Shown in pieces: positions 8,795-20,900 of a stretch of 64,000 bases of DNA. Numbering within the stretch: position 1 is the stretch's first letter; each line of letters opens with the position of its first letter. Source of the stretch: Thermodesulfobacteriota bacterium (GTDB lineage Bacteria; Desulfobacterota; Desulfarculia; JACQYL01); the NCBI GenBank assembly GCA_963675595.2, contig CAXXLZ010000002.1, forward strand, positions 2,592,001 to 2,656,000. The letters are read 5' to 3'. The notes beneath the pieces were generated by a model. The model did no database searches. It was not told the origin of the DNA and was given only the letters and a program-made list of their open reading frames with translations. The position numbers and the translations under genes are program-made.

Positions 8795-10624
8795 ATGCGG
8801 GGCTTGGTTTTCGCCGTTTCCATTTTGGCCCTTTTCTTTGCAGCACGTCGAACTTCGGCCCAGGCGGGTCCTTCCAGCGGCTTCACTCTGGGCCCTTTGG
8901 TGGTCACCGCTACACGCAGCCTTACCGAAAAGGAATATTTAGCCGCAAATCTAATCACCGTGGACAGGGAAGAAGCGAGCCGTTTTCCCGTTGAAAACGT
9001 GGCCGAGGCACTTCGCTATCAACCCGGCCTCCATATGCACTTTAACGGTGGTCTGGGGAGCTTGGCCACGCTCGCAATCAACGGTTCGGAAACCCGGCAG
9101 GTAGCCGTGTACATGGACGGAGTCAGGCTGAACCAGTTGGCCAACCCCATCGCGGACCTGTCCCAGATCCCATGGAACCAAGTGGAACGCATCGAGGTGC
9201 TCAAAGGAGCCGGCTCCTCCGCGTGGGGTTCCGCCTTGGGAGGCGTGGTCAACATTATAACCCGTGAGCCCGACCCCGAAGAGGGCCCTGTTCCCGAACT
9301 GCACATCGCTTTGGGTGAGCACGATACCCGCATTGGTCAGGCCACCGTCAGCGGGTCTCCCTCTCCCTGGGGCTACCTGTTTTCCGCGGACCGTTTGCGG
9401 ACGGACGGCTTCGTGGATCACGGGGCTTCGGAACACGGCGACATCTACTTCAAGCTCCGAAGGCAACTGCTCGAAACCATGGAAGTCACTCTCACGGCGA
9501 ACTACTTGGACGGCTCGTTTGAGAACCCCTTGGCAACGTTGCCGTTATATTGGGAGAAGAACGTGTCCCGCCGGTTCTATCAAACCTTGCAGGCGGCGGG
9601 AACCCCCATGGAAGGATTGGGATTATACGTGTCTGCCTGGAACCAACGTTTTACCAATTATTCGGATACGCACTATACCGATGGGTCCCCCACGATTAAG
9701 CGATACCACTACGTCGAAAAGAGCCGAGGTACAAATTTCCGAACCACCTACGAACTGGGGCGACTCAGCACGACCACTCTGGGTCTGGATGCCGAATGGA
9801 ACTGCTACAGCTACAGCAACAATCCCGGAGATCAAGACGGGAGTAACCTGGCGGTCTACCTCAATGAAGTGTACAACCTGGGACCTCTCAGCCTCAACGC
9901 GGGAGTTCGTTACGACAACAATTCGGACTTCGGCAATTATTGGAGCCCTTCGGGCGGGGCGGTCCTCCGGGTGGGCCCCTGGAATACCAGAATTCGTTTC
10001 CAGGCGGCGGCAGGTTTCAACGCCCCACCCGTGCTTTGGCTGCACGATCCCAAATATGGGAATCCGGATCTCCAAGCAGAGCGTGGAATCGACCTCGAAC
10101 TCGCTTTAGAGACTTCCCCCTGGTCACGTTTCTCTTTCTCCATCAGTGGGTTCTGGGCGGATCTCGACGATCTCATCCTGTTCAATCGCATGCACGAGCG
10201 ATACGAAAATATCCGGGAAGTCCGAAGGCGAGGCGTAGCCGGTCTTGTTCGCGGAAAGCTTGCGCTGGGCTTCGAGGCGTCCTTCGGCTTCACACTCGTG
10301 GACGCGGAAAACGCGGAAACGGGAGAGACGCTGAAAGATATTCCAAGAACCATCTGGGACCTGCAGCTGAGTCACGTCTGGAAAGGTTTGTTCCAGTCAC
10401 TCACGGGCCGCTGGGCCGACACCAACTCCTCGAGCCCGGAGAGTCGTGACAAGAGGTTCGTGTTCGACTACCACATCCGATACCAAATTCCTCCAAGCGA
10501 TACACTGGGCGAATTTCAGCTGTTCGCATCGGTGATCAACCTCTTCAACACGACTTATTATTATTCCCCTGCTTTTCCACAGCCCGACCGCACCGTTCGA
10601 GGCGGATTGTCGTGGAAGTTCTGA
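8795..10624 (+). CDS. TonB-dependent outer-membrane receptor
   Basis: Signal peptide; TonB-box-like PLVVTATR; plug motifs VAVYMDGV and VERIEVLKGAGSSAWGSALGGVVNIIT; GNPDLQAE; terminal Phe; start uncertain (8687 or 8795). Confidence 0.9.
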   Translation: MRGLVFAVSILALFFAARRTSAQAGPSSGFTLGPLVVTATRSLTEKEYLAANLITVDREEASRFPVENVAEALRYQPGLHMHFNGGLGSLATLAINGSETRQVAVYMDGVRLNQLANPIADLSQIPWNQVERIEVLKGAGSSAWGSALGGVVNIITREPDPEEGPVPELHIALGEHDTRIGQATVSGSPSPWGYLFSADRLRTDGFVDHGASEHGDIYFKLRRQLLETMEVTLTANYLDGSFENPLATLPLYWEKNVSRRFYQTLQAAGTPMEGLGLYVSAWNQRFTNYSDTHYTDGSPTIKRYHYVEKSRGTNFRTTYELGRLSTTTLGLDAEWNCYSYSNNPGDQDGSNLAVYLNEVYNLGPLSLNAGVRYDNNSDFGNYWSPSGGAVLRVGPWNTRIRFQAAAGFNAPPVLWLHDPKYGNPDLQAERGIDLELALETSPWSRFSFSISGFWADLDDLILFNRMHERYENIREVRRRGVAGLVRGKLALGFEASFGFTLVDAENAETGETLKDIPRTIWDLQLSHVWKGLFQSLTGRWADTNSSSPESRDKRFVFDYHIRYQIPPSDTLGEFQLFASVINLFNTTYYYSPAFPQPDRTVRGGLSWKF

Positions 10625-10625
10625 C

Positions 10626-13391
10626 TTGCCGCAACGGGGATCGACCTTGATCGTTTTCGGGCGGCACTTGCGTATTCCCACCGGTTTCCCACTCAAGAAC
10701 GCGATCCTGCTTCTGGTTCTTTCAATCGTGCTGTCGCCGGCAGGCAGGCTTTCTTGGTCGAAACCACCGGTGGGTGTCGCTCTCTTCGAGCAAGACGACG
10801 CATCCGATTTACGATTGCGATTTCAAGCCGTTCGTGCGGTGGACGAGATCCGGAAATTGGGACTTTCCGCACAACTCCGCATGTTAAGCCGAGTCTCTCA
10901 GGGAGACGATCTCTCCGTCGTCCCTACTCTCCTGGCTTTGATCGTTGAAGAGAAGGCCGCGGAGGCTTGTCCCGAAATCTTGTCTTTGCTCGGTTCCGAC
11001 TCCCTGGAAGTTTTCACACCCTCCGCCTACGCCTCGGCTATGCTGGGTTGCGATTCCGCAGTCTCCAAGTTGATAGAAAAGGCGCGAAATCGAGACACTT
11101 CCGAGGAATTCGCCGTTGTAGCGGCACACGCCCTCGCTCGTTTGGGCGGGAAGCTCATAGAAGCTCAAGGCGAAGAGGAGAACCCGGATGACGCGAAGGC
11201 GCGTGTTGAGGCCGTAAAGAGCGCACTCACGGAAATGCTTCTACGACCTTCCACCCGACTCCGCGCGGAAGCGGCGGGCGCTCTGAGTTATTTGGGCGTA
11301 ACCACGGGGGACGGCGGCATTCCATCCGATCTTTGGCAGGACCCCGAATTCGGCGTCCTCGCGGGAAGGCTGTTGCTTCCGCCCGCGACGGCCGACCTCG
11401 CCAACGCCCAGGACTCGTGGATCGCCCCGCGCCGTGATCCCACACGTTTCTCCGCGGTCCTCGATTCCGAGCTCCTTTCTCGTGAGGCGGCGGAAGCCGA
11501 CAACCGGCCGGGGAGCCTAAAAAATTCGGAGAAGGCATGGCAACGAGACACAGAAGCCTTGTCCGCCGTCAGGCGCTCAATTCCGGGGGGCACCGCACCG
11601 TTGCGACTTCCCGGCTACATTCTGGTCGCCCCGGACCGTGATCGGCTACCATGGGTCGAAGACCTGATGAACGGCCCCATGAACGCACCCATCGCCCTCA
11701 TGGAATGGGCGGAGGATGCTTTGAACCGGAGTTCCGAAACCGAAATGTCGGCGGTGGATTCGCTGAATCGGATTGTGAAGCACGCTTGGTCGTTGATCTA
11801 CCCCATCGGAAACCGGAACGAAAGGAGTGTGTCGGCGATTGAAGCGCCTCCCCCTGTTCATTCATCGGGAATCAACCATGAGGAGCCCTTTGACGGCGAA
11901 CCGGGGTCTTTGGACCGGCAACGGTGGAAACGGCTGCACGATATAACGGCCCGATTGATCGATGCGGTGTCGGACTTGGAAATACAATGGCGCAACGCGG
12001 TCTCCTCCGTGTCGGAAGAGGGTCGCCGACGGATGGAAGAACTCGGAAACCTGGACCCTTCCCTCGTGGTGCTCAATTCCGAGACGATCGAAACCGCCTC
12101 GAAACTCTTCAACGAATTGGACCCGACACCCGTCCTGACGGCGCAAGTCCGGCTTTTTCGGGTATTGGACGAAGAAATCCCCAATCTCAGAGCCTTTGTC
12201 GGGTGGAGTCCGGGCGGGAACGGCGACTGGGTTGAAGAGATCGAAACCGCTTTGGGCACGGTACGCCTGTATGGTCCCGCCGCCCATGAAATTCGCACCC
12301 CCGCTCTATTGATCATCGACTTCGGTGGTTCGGACTCCTGGACGCGTGACAATGGATCCGGGGATTCCACGTTCGTTCATTTGTACCTTGATTTGGAGGG
12401 GAACGACACCTTCTACAGTGCGGACTATCCGGGACTTTCCGGAGCCGTCTTGGGGACTTCCATCCTGATGGATTTCCAGGGCGACGACATCTATTCCGGG
12501 AGTGTGGGGGCACAAGGAGCGGCCGTTTTGGGATCGGGAATCCACCTGGATATGGAAGGGAACGACCGATATTACTGTGAAAGATTCTGCCAGGGAGCCG
12601 CGCTTTTCGGCGTGGGAATACTCCATGATCGTTCGGGAAACGATCTGTATGAGGCGGGAGGCTCGGCTCAGGGATTCGGAAGCACGAGGGGAACGGGCAT
12701 TCTCCTCGAAGGCGAAGGCAACGATTCGTTCCATGCGGGCGGCCTCGACCCCGACGAAATTCGTGATCCTTCCCATTTCATCTCCCTGGCCCAGGGATTC
12801 GGTATCGGTCTCCGGCCGGAAGAGGAACACGGTGCCTTCTCCGGGGGTATCGGCCTGCTCATCGAACTAAACGGAAATGACCGGTACGAGGGTGACGTTC
12901 TCGCTCAAGGGTTGGGCGTCTGGTTCGGGATGGGCGCCATCCTCGACTTTGGCGGAGAGGATTCATACTCTTTGTTCAACTACGGCCAAGGAATGGGCAT
13001 GCACGCAGGGGTCGGCCTGCTGCTGGATCTCGACGGCGGGGACCGATACAAGGGCCGCCACCACGCCATGGGATCCGGACTGGACCGGGGCATGGGGATT
13101 CTTTTCGACGCGGCGGGTGACGATCATTACACGAGCATTTCCGATTCTCTGGGGTCCGGAGTGAAACCCCTCGGGCTGGGAATCCTGGTAGACCACATGG
13201 GAAACGACGATTACACCGCAGAGGTGGGGTTGGGCTACAGCCGCCGGCCCGCCTACTCGCCGAGCCTTTGGCCCACGGGACTCTTCTTCGATCGTGAGGG
13301 TGACGATCGCTACATGGGAAGAGCCGGAAAAGGCCGTGACGGTTTCTATTGGATTCAGAATCGTGGCGGCTTGGGAGTGGATGGAGGATAA
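10626..13391 (+). CDS. exported protein with N-terminal HEAT-like repeats and C-terminal Gly-rich DxxGxDxY repeat solenoid
   Basis: Hydrophobic N-terminal signal; AAHALARLG and RAEAAGALSYLG HEAT-like helices; about 12 repeats such as DLEGNDTFY, DFQGDDIY, DMEGNDRY, DRSGNDLY, DAAGDDHY, DREGDDRY. Confidence 0.75.
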   Translation: MPQRGSTLIVFGRHLRIPTGFPLKNAILLLVLSIVLSPAGRLSWSKPPVGVALFEQDDASDLRLRFQAVRAVDEIRKLGLSAQLRMLSRVSQGDDLSVVPTLLALIVEEKAAEACPEILSLLGSDSLEVFTPSAYASAMLGCDSAVSKLIEKARNRDTSEEFAVVAAHALARLGGKLIEAQGEEENPDDAKARVEAVKSALTEMLLRPSTRLRAEAAGALSYLGVTTGDGGIPSDLWQDPEFGVLAGRLLLPPATADLANAQDSWIAPRRDPTRFSAVLDSELLSREAAEADNRPGSLKNSEKAWQRDTEALSAVRRSIPGGTAPLRLPGYILVAPDRDRLPWVEDLMNGPMNAPIALMEWAEDALNRSSETEMSAVDSLNRIVKHAWSLIYPIGNRNERSVSAIEAPPPVHSSGINHEEPFDGEPGSLDRQRWKRLHDITARLIDAVSDLEIQWRNAVSSVSEEGRRRMEELGNLDPSLVVLNSETIETASKLFNELDPTPVLTAQVRLFRVLDEEIPNLRAFVGWSPGGNGDWVEEIETALGTVRLYGPAAHEIRTPALLIIDFGGSDSWTRDNGSGDSTFVHLYLDLEGNDTFYSADYPGLSGAVLGTSILMDFQGDDIYSGSVGAQGAAVLGSGIHLDMEGNDRYYCERFCQGAALFGVGILHDRSGNDLYEAGGSAQGFGSTRGTGILLEGEGNDSFHAGGLDPDEIRDPSHFISLAQGFGIGLRPEEEHGAFSGGIGLLIELNGNDRYEGDVLAQGLGVWFGMGAILDFGGEDSYSLFNYGQGMGMHAGVGLLLDLDGGDRYKGRHHAMGSGLDRGMGILFDAAGDDHYTSISDSLGSGVKPLGLGILVDHMGNDDYTAEVGLGYSRRPAYSPSLWPTGLFFDREGDDRYMGRAGKGRDGFYWIQNRGGLGVDGG

Positions 13392-13443
13392 CAAGCCGGG
13401 AATGGCGAGGCGGACGCACGGCATCCGCCTCCCGTCGGGTATA

Positions 13444-14385
13444 TTACTTGAATTTCCTTTTCAAAGCCTGATAACGATCCAACAATTGGCTTTGCTGTTT
13501 CCAGTCGGGATATTTGGCCAGTTCGGCCATGGTCTTTTCGATCCGCTTATCGAGAGGCGGGTGCGTGGAAAACCATGAGCCGCTTTTCTCCGATTTGTCT
13601 TCCCTGGCCTTCAGACTCCGCAACACCTCGATCATGCCGTTGGGGCCGTACCCGGTCCTGTAGGCGGTTTCCATAGCCGACGCGTCCGCTTCGAATTCCA
13701 TCCTCTGGTCCAGCCCTTTGTCGAACAAAACCGTCTGAAGATCTCCGATCATATTCTCGAACTGCTGTCCCTTTTCCCCTTCCATGGCGGCTGCGGTGAC
13801 CTTGCCTACTCCTTGAAGGAACCGCGCACGCCTGATGGACTGGAGAGCGTGCTTATGGCTCACATGGGCCACTTCGTGGGCCAGCACATTGGCGACCTGT
13901 GCTTCGGTCTGCATCATTTTCATCAGCCCATAGCTGATGAAGATGATGCCGCCGGGGCAACTGAACGCATTCAACAAATCGCTGTCCACCACCACGAACC
14001 GATAGGGAATGCCGGGTCGGATGGAATTATCGGCCAACGCCGTGCCCAACACGTTGACATACTCCTGAAGGTCGGGGTTGTCCACGGGCATGCCGTATCT
14101 CGCGAATCCCTCCAAAGCCAGGCTCTCCCCGATGGTACGCTCCGTGTCGTAGTCGATTTCCATGCTCCCCTCCACCAAGGAGCCGATTCCCTCGAAAAGC
14201 TTCCGCTCTTTGGAGCCTTCTTTGGTCAACGCATCCAGCAACCCGGCCACACGCAGTTCCGAGGAAGCCGCCGATTTCTCGACCGACGCCTCTTGTGTTC
14301 CGGTCCGATCCACCGGCGCCGCGGGACAACGCCCCCCAGCCGAAAGGGCAATGAAAGCCACGATGAGCAGGCATCCATATTTCAT
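13444..14385 (-). CDS. exported M48-family zinc metallopeptidase (BepA/YggG-like)
   Basis: Signal peptide; LNAFSCPGG; VLAHEVAHV (HExxH); EFEAD; FSTHP; SD GGAAAGGA before ATG 14385. Confidence 0.92.
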   Translation of the reverse strand: MKYGCLLIVAFIALSAGGRCPAAPVDRTGTQEASVEKSAASSELRVAGLLDALTKEGSKERKLFEGIGSLVEGSMEIDYDTERTIGESLALEGFARYGMPVDNPDLQEYVNVLGTALADNSIRPGIPYRFVVVDSDLLNAFSCPGGIIFISYGLMKMMQTEAQVANVLAHEVAHVSHKHALQSIRRARFLQGVGKVTAAAMEGEKGQQFENMIGDLQTVLFDKGLDQRMEFEADASAMETAYRTGYGPNGMIEVLRSLKAREDKSEKSGSWFSTHPPLDKRIEKTMAELAKYPDWKQQSQLLDRYQALKRKFK

Positions 14386-14404
14386 GGTTGTTCCTTTCCA
14401 AATC

Positions 14405-14917
14405 TCATTCAGCGTATTCACCCACTTTGCCGTCACGCAAGAAGCTCGTCACCTCTTGCTGAGTCACTTTCACGGCCAGGACTTGATCCAGAGCTTTTCT
14501 GTACTTCTCGGGTGTTTCCTTCATGGACGCGTATTTCTCGGTTTCCTTGGAGAGACCGCGCATACTTCGAGCCGTATCCGCCTCATCCGCCTTGATGCCG
14601 CTCCCTCCCAAAGCTGCGAATAGATCCGCCCCTTCCCTTTTTACTTCCGCGGAAGGCGGCGTATCGGAGACCCGGCCTCTGTACACCCAACCCTTTTGGC
14701 CTTCCGAGGTCTTGACACGGTACCACTTATCGTCCTTTTCCATCACCGAAAGTTCGGCTCCCAAGGGCAGCCCCACCACCGTTTTCGAAGAGGCTTTCTT
14801 ATCTTCCTTGAGTTTGGTTCCCTCGGAGGTCACGTACATCGTTTCCTGAGCCACAGCGGATGACAACCAGCAGACCAGAAATAAAGGGATCATCCATGCG
14901 AGATTCCTTGGTTTCAT
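14405..14917 (-). CDS. exported bacterial SH3-domain protein
   Basis: Signal peptide ending AVA-Q; SH3b pattern LPLGAELSVMEKDDKWYRVKTSEGQKGWVY; SD GAGGAGGAG. Confidence 0.85.
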   Translation of the reverse strand: MKPRNLAWMIPLFLVCWLSSAVAQETMYVTSEGTKLKEDKKASSKTVVGLPLGAELSVMEKDDKWYRVKTSEGQKGWVYRGRVSDTPPSAEVKREGADLFAALGGSGIKADEADTARSMRGLSKETEKYASMKETPEKYRKALDQVLAVKVTQQEVTSFLRDGKVGEYAE

Positions 14918-14990
14918 GTAACTTCTCCTCCTCTTTGTCCTTCGGCGATAACCGAGCCGCGGTCCATCGCCCACTGCATGATTTGCTCAC

Positions 14991-17900
14991 CTATTGATAA
15001 TCGCCGACCAAAACGAAGGCCCCCCAGTAGCCTGGATGGGGAAAACGATTCTTCACGTGAAGCATCGCCTTGCGAAGACTTTCCGACTTCTCTTCTCGAG
15101 TGTACTGCCGGTAGAACTGTTTGATCAACATGCCCGTGGAGATGTCGCTGACCCTCCAGAGAGTGGAAATCAGGGCGTGGGTTCCCGCATATAAAAAGGA
15201 ACGGTTCATACCGATGACATCATCGCCTTTGGTCACTCGACCGAGGCCGGTCCGACAGGCACTCAGAACCACAAGATCCGCATTGATGTCGAGCCCGAAC
15301 ACCTCACCGGCTTCAAGATTCCCGTCCTCTTTCAGGTCCTTGACGAGCTTTACCGAAGAGAACAGCGGATTCACCGGATCGAATTCACCGTGAGAAGCGA
15401 AGTGAATGATGCCGAATTTCCCGATATTCGCGACGATCCAGCTTTCCGTGGCCTTTTCACCGGTGAGTACCGTCACGTCCGGAAAATTCCAGTGAATGGT
15501 CTCCACCTCACGCTCCGCAAAGGGCAGTTCGAGCGCCGGGTTGTCAAGAGCCGGGTTGCCCACGGCGAGTACCCGCGTATTCTTCGCAGCTCCCCTTCTC
15601 TCCAATGTATATTTGAGCACGCCGGCGCTGGGGAGGTAAAAAAGCGGATACCGATCCACGAGATAGGACTTCCCGTTGAATAGGACGGCAAAGGAAAGGT
15701 AGTGCAGAGGTCCGTGGGGTACGATGCCCAAGACCCGCACTCCTTCCAGAGAAGGAAGTTTGCCCAACAACAAGTCGTAAATCTCTCGAGACCTGTCTTC
15801 CAGAGGCTCAAGATTCTGAATCATGCGCCGGTAACCGAGTATGGTTTCGCCGAGGCTCTCCCGCCCCAAGGGGGTTTGCACCAACTCGAAAGAACCGGAA
15901 CGAACCACCCAGCACAACACACGATCCGCTGTAACATAATAAGATAACAGCGCCGTGTCCGCGGCGATGAGTCCCCGAACCTCATCCAGGGTCATGGGGG
16001 CCACGCTCACCAGGGAGGCCAGTTCGGGATTCCGGGCTTGAATCTCCAGGAGGAGGTCCCGATAATCATCGTTCAGCCCTTGAAGCGCCTTGTCGAACAC
16101 TTCCTTTTCCGCTGGAGAATTTGCCTGCGCCGACAATGTTTCCTGCTCCCGTATGCGGGAACGCAGAGCATTCAAACGGTCGTAGTGTTCGCGGTCGGCT
16201 CCCCTCAGGGAAAGCTTTTGGTTCCCCAGCAAATCGATGAGGTTTCGAGCCCGGGACCGTTCCGCCGCGTTGAAGGCGTCCTGAGGCAATCCCATATCCA
16301 CGAGCACTTCCACCAAGGCCTCATAGACCGCCGTCTTGTTCGAAATGAAGCCGTCCTTGAGACGGTCCAGTTTGATTTCCGCCCGCATCCCCTCGATGAC
16401 GTCCACCGCCTGAGCCAGCAGGTCTCTAGCCTCCGCCCGTCGTCCCGCTCCAAGTTCGATCCGGGCCAAGCCGTATAGCGCGCGCCATATGCTCTCTCGG
16501 AGCGCCATGGAACGGGCGGCGTCCAATGCCCGGCCGTAAACCTCGCGGGCTTCGGACTCCCTGCCCAAGTCAACCAAAGCCTCCGCCAGAACCAGCAAGG
16601 TTTTCGATTCGTTGATCCGGTTTCCTATAGCCGAGGCTTCACCAAGGGCTTCCTCGAGCAACGGAACCGCCTCGTCGGTCCGACCGATACGCATGAGGGT
16701 CTGGGCTTTGTTCCTCAAATCGTAGGCCACGGCCCAGCGGGACTTGAGTTTTCGATCGATGGCGAGGGCCCGCTCCAAAGAGTCCAAAGCCTCGTCGTAG
16801 CGCCCCATCTCCCTGTATACCAGTCCCATATTGTTCAGCGTGGTGGCGACTTCATCCTTCCTCACCCTTAGCTTTTCGGCTCGTTCCAGACCATCTTCGA
16901 GGTCCCGCAACGCGCGTTCGTTGTCCCCCAGCGTCCACCAAGTCAGGCCGGAAGTATTGAGCGCGATGACCTGCTCCAAGGCCCAGTTGTGCTCACGCGC
17001 CAGGTTATGGGCGGTACGCTGCAGTTCGAAGGCCTCCTGGTAGCGGCCTTGAAACCAAGCGTTGTCGGCCTGTTCGATGATGATCCGCGCCCTCAGCCTT
17101 TCTTCCTCCGGATCATCCCGTATCAAATTCAGAGCTCGGGCGTATCTTTCGTCCGCACCGGGAAAGTCCCCCAGCAGACGACAACAACGTCCCATATCCA
17201 GGAGCATGCCGGCCATGTCCGCCGTGGCGCCCATCCCGCTGTAGATTTCATAAGCCTTCTCGTAGTTCAGCTTGGCCCGTGCGTAGTTGCTCAGCCGCAG
17301 GTCCAAAATCCGGCCGATCCCGACATATTGTCGGGCCAGGAGTTCCGATTTTCCCAGCTCCGCACTCAGACTCGCGGCGTCCTGAAAACGTTTCAGCGCT
17401 CGGTCGTATTCCGCGGCGTTTTCCAGCACCACTCCCAAGTCGGCCAATGCCTCGGCGTACAGTTCTCCAAGGTCCAGGTTCTCCATCATTTCGGCCGCTT
17501 GCTCCAAGGTGGAAATCGCCTCCTCGTACCGCTCGGCGCGCGCAAGCACCAGCCCCAGCCTCAGAAGCGCTTCCGCGTGTTGTTCCGAGTCCGGACGCAC
17601 CCCTTCCCAAAATGTGGCCAGGGTCCGGGCGTATTTTTCGGCCTTGTCGAGACGGTCGATGCGAAAAGCGCTTTCCCTGGAATATTTGTATAAGTCGGGC
17701 AGATAGTTCTTCAGCGCATCCACTTCCAGCGCCACATCGAGAGCGCTCTCGAAATCCGCCAAGGCGTCGCCGAATTGATTTTTCCGGTAGGCCCCCACTC
17801 CTCCTCGCACATAATCGTTGAATCGATTCTTCCCGAATTCGACGGCGGCTTCCGGCTCCATGCCCCAATAGCCCGAGTAGAACCAATTTGAGACGGTTTC

Positions 17901-20900
17901 GCCTTCCGCAAGAGCGGCTCGATAGCCTTCCAACGCGGATCGATCTTCATAGCTTTTCAGGAACGTCGCCACAAATGATTTGATCTCTCCTTGAGACGGC
18001 GACCACAGAACCGTGGGACAGCCCATCAGCGAAAGGAGGTGCGCCGGGGCATAGGCCGACCCTTTAGGCGGTAGAGACAGCATCATCAGAGAAACATTGG
18101 ACAACCGCCCGGCCAACCTTTCGAGAGGAAACCGCACGCCTCCGGACAACTCGAAGGCGGGAAAGGTTTCTCCTCGAACGCCCGGACGCGTCGGCACCGT
18201 GACGGCCAAATAGGTTTTCGGGTTGAGGATCACGGTATGGGATTCTCGCAAGCGGTCCAACATTTCGGGGAAGTCGGAACCCGCGCCCATGGTTGTGACC
18301 TCGTATCCGGCTTCCCGAAGCGACCGGCTGAGTTCGTCCGTGGCGGACGATTCCGGTAGTCCGATCATGAGCAGATTACGTTTGAAGGGCTTGCGGGAAC
18401 GAAATGAACGCACCAAGTGAGTCGCGTTCAAAGCCGTCGGCGTTCCCGACGACAAACCGAGAGCCCTCGGCTGTTCATAGGCCCAAATCTCCAAGGTCCC
18501 TTCCCGCGAAACGGGCCTCCCACCCGTCTTCCATTGAGTGACCTGGAAATCGTCCGGACTGAGGGAGAACGCCAACCAAGGCTCCGGATCGCCTGGAAGA
18601 GCGTACCAGCGGACGCAGACCCCGTTGTCGGGGAGGCTCTCCATGACTTCCACCGCCTCCACCGGCATGGGAACAAAAGCGGCAAGGAGGCCTTTGGAAC
18701 CCGGCTCGTTCAAGAACCGAGCGGCTCCCTCAATCTCCCGTTGATATGTTTCCACCAAAGCCTTGAGATCAGGATCCTCGCTCGACTCCCTTCCTTCGCT
18801 CACCGCCCGTTCCGCAACCTGGTCCAAATGGGCCGACAATCCCATTACAATCAGAATGCGGTTCCGTTCCTCCTCGGTGGCGCCCAAGGCTGCGGGGCGG
18901 GGCAGGCGTTCCCGGTCCTTCCCGAGCTTGAGGTCCAGAAGTTCCCGCTCCTGATCCGCCCGAGTAGAAAGGTATTCCCGATCTTCTTCCGGTGCCTGTT
19001 GGAGAGCGCTTTCCAAGTCTCGAAGCGTGAGAAGTCCTTTGTAGGATTTCGCCGCGAGCTTTCGGTCCTCCTCCCCGACACCCGCGAGGAGTAAGGGAGT
19101 CAGTCGTTGGACTCTTTCGATCTCCGAGAGCCGTTCAATCAGATTAAAGGCATCCTCCGACAGTTCTTGATCCAACATTTCTTTGATCAGCGGCGCGAAT
19201 CCCGAAGTGACTTCAAGGGGTCCGCAGTCCGCCTCGAAAAGAGGAACCTTGCCCAGCACTTCGAGCGCTTCACGATATCGTCCCAGGACGAGCAGGGCCC
19301 GCCATTCCAGAGCGGGAAGCAATCCTTTGCGTGCGGATTCCAGGGCCTTCTCTGCGAAGCTTCGAGCTTTTTCCCGGTCCCCGAATTCCTCAACGCCCCG
19401 GCAAAGATTCAGCAGCACGACGCTTCGCAGAGCCAAGGCCTTCCGATTCCGGGCAACGGAAGGGGAATCGAGCAGTGTCTCCGCTCTGAAGAAGTGCCCC
19501 ACGGCCGATTCCAGGAGAGCGGCCTCTTCCGCCCGGCCTTCAACATCCGTATCCTTCGCCCCGAGCGCGGCGTTCAACAGGAAAACCCCCATGGCGTTAT
19601 GGTAGGAGGCCGGAATCAGATTCTCGAGGACGGTGGGGAATCGAGCCATCAACATTGTAACGCGCCGGTCCAGGGCCATGAGCCGCGAACGTCGGCCTTC
19701 TCCTTTTGAGGATTCGGAGAAATCCCGTGAGAGGCACAAAGCCATGTTGGACACGTTGACGGCCGAACTGACGGGGTTGCCCAGACGGAGCGCGATTTCC
19801 GCCGACCGCTCGAAATCATCAAAGGCGTCCAGAGGTCGCCTGCGAGCGAAAGCGAGAAGCCCCGCCCGGTGGGCCAGCAAAGAGACACCGTAAAGGTCCT
19901 CTTCTCGAATCGGTTTGCCTTGGGGATACCGGGCCCATTCCCGTCTTACCGCATCTTCCGCGAGTTCCAGCGCCCCGAGTTCCGTCTGAATGCGTGCCTC
20001 GAAGGTCTCCGCCAGTCTCTTTTCCTGTTCCTCGCTGAAGCCGTACAAAGCCTGTGTGGCTCCGGTCTTGTCCAAAGCCACATCCAAGGTAAGGCTTACA
20101 AGGGCGCTCTGTTCTCTGGTGTCCTTTTTTGGGGGAGCGGTCCCATGAGCGGAAAGCAGGTCCAACACCTCACGGAAACCTTCAAGAGACTGTTTCAGCA
20201 GTTCCTCCCGAGCGGCTCCGGACATGCCCCCGGCTTCCATGTAAGCGCAATAGGCGGCGGAACGACGATTCTTGGCAAGGTTTTCCTCTCGCCCCATCTT
20301 CCGATTCAAATGGAACGCCTTCAGGAAGGAGTCACGGGCCGCCGCCCACTCTCCGGCTTCCTGGTACGCCAAGCCCAACCGATCCAACATCTCCGCCTTT
20401 AACTCGAGAAGACGTTTCGGAAGTTCCAGCGCCTCCCGAACCCGCTTCGCCATATGGGAAAGGGTTTGAATCGTTTCCTCAGGCTTGTCGAGGATCAAGG
20501 GCGGCAGTTGTTCGATAATCCGTTCCTGCTCTTCAAGCAGACCTTCCACCGCCCGACGATACTCTTCCCAGGACGGGTCGGGAGGCGGAGGCACCGTCCG
20601 CCGACTCACCTGAAAAAGCCGGTCGTTCAGCGCCGACTGTTTAACCGCCATGCCGTCGGCCCGGTCTTTCAGTCCCGGCTCTTCTCGGGCCGGTATGAGC
20701 ACCCGGTCGGAAATATACCGCTCGATGCGCCCGAAAAGCTCCGAGGCTCGACGAGGCTCGATGCGTTCATCGATGAGGTCCAGCGCTTTTCCATAGGCCT
20801 CCACGGGCTTCAGCCGGTCCCCCGACTGAAAGGCCGAAGCGCCGAATCTCCGATAAAACAGGACCTCGGTGTCGGCATTGTCGAAGGGAACTTCTGTTTG

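Noticed and set aside
8520-8795. Possible cobalamin riboswitch ahead of the BtuB-like receptor
   Set aside because: No GCCACTG, GGGAAG or B12-box AG(C/T)CAG.A.ACC elements seen
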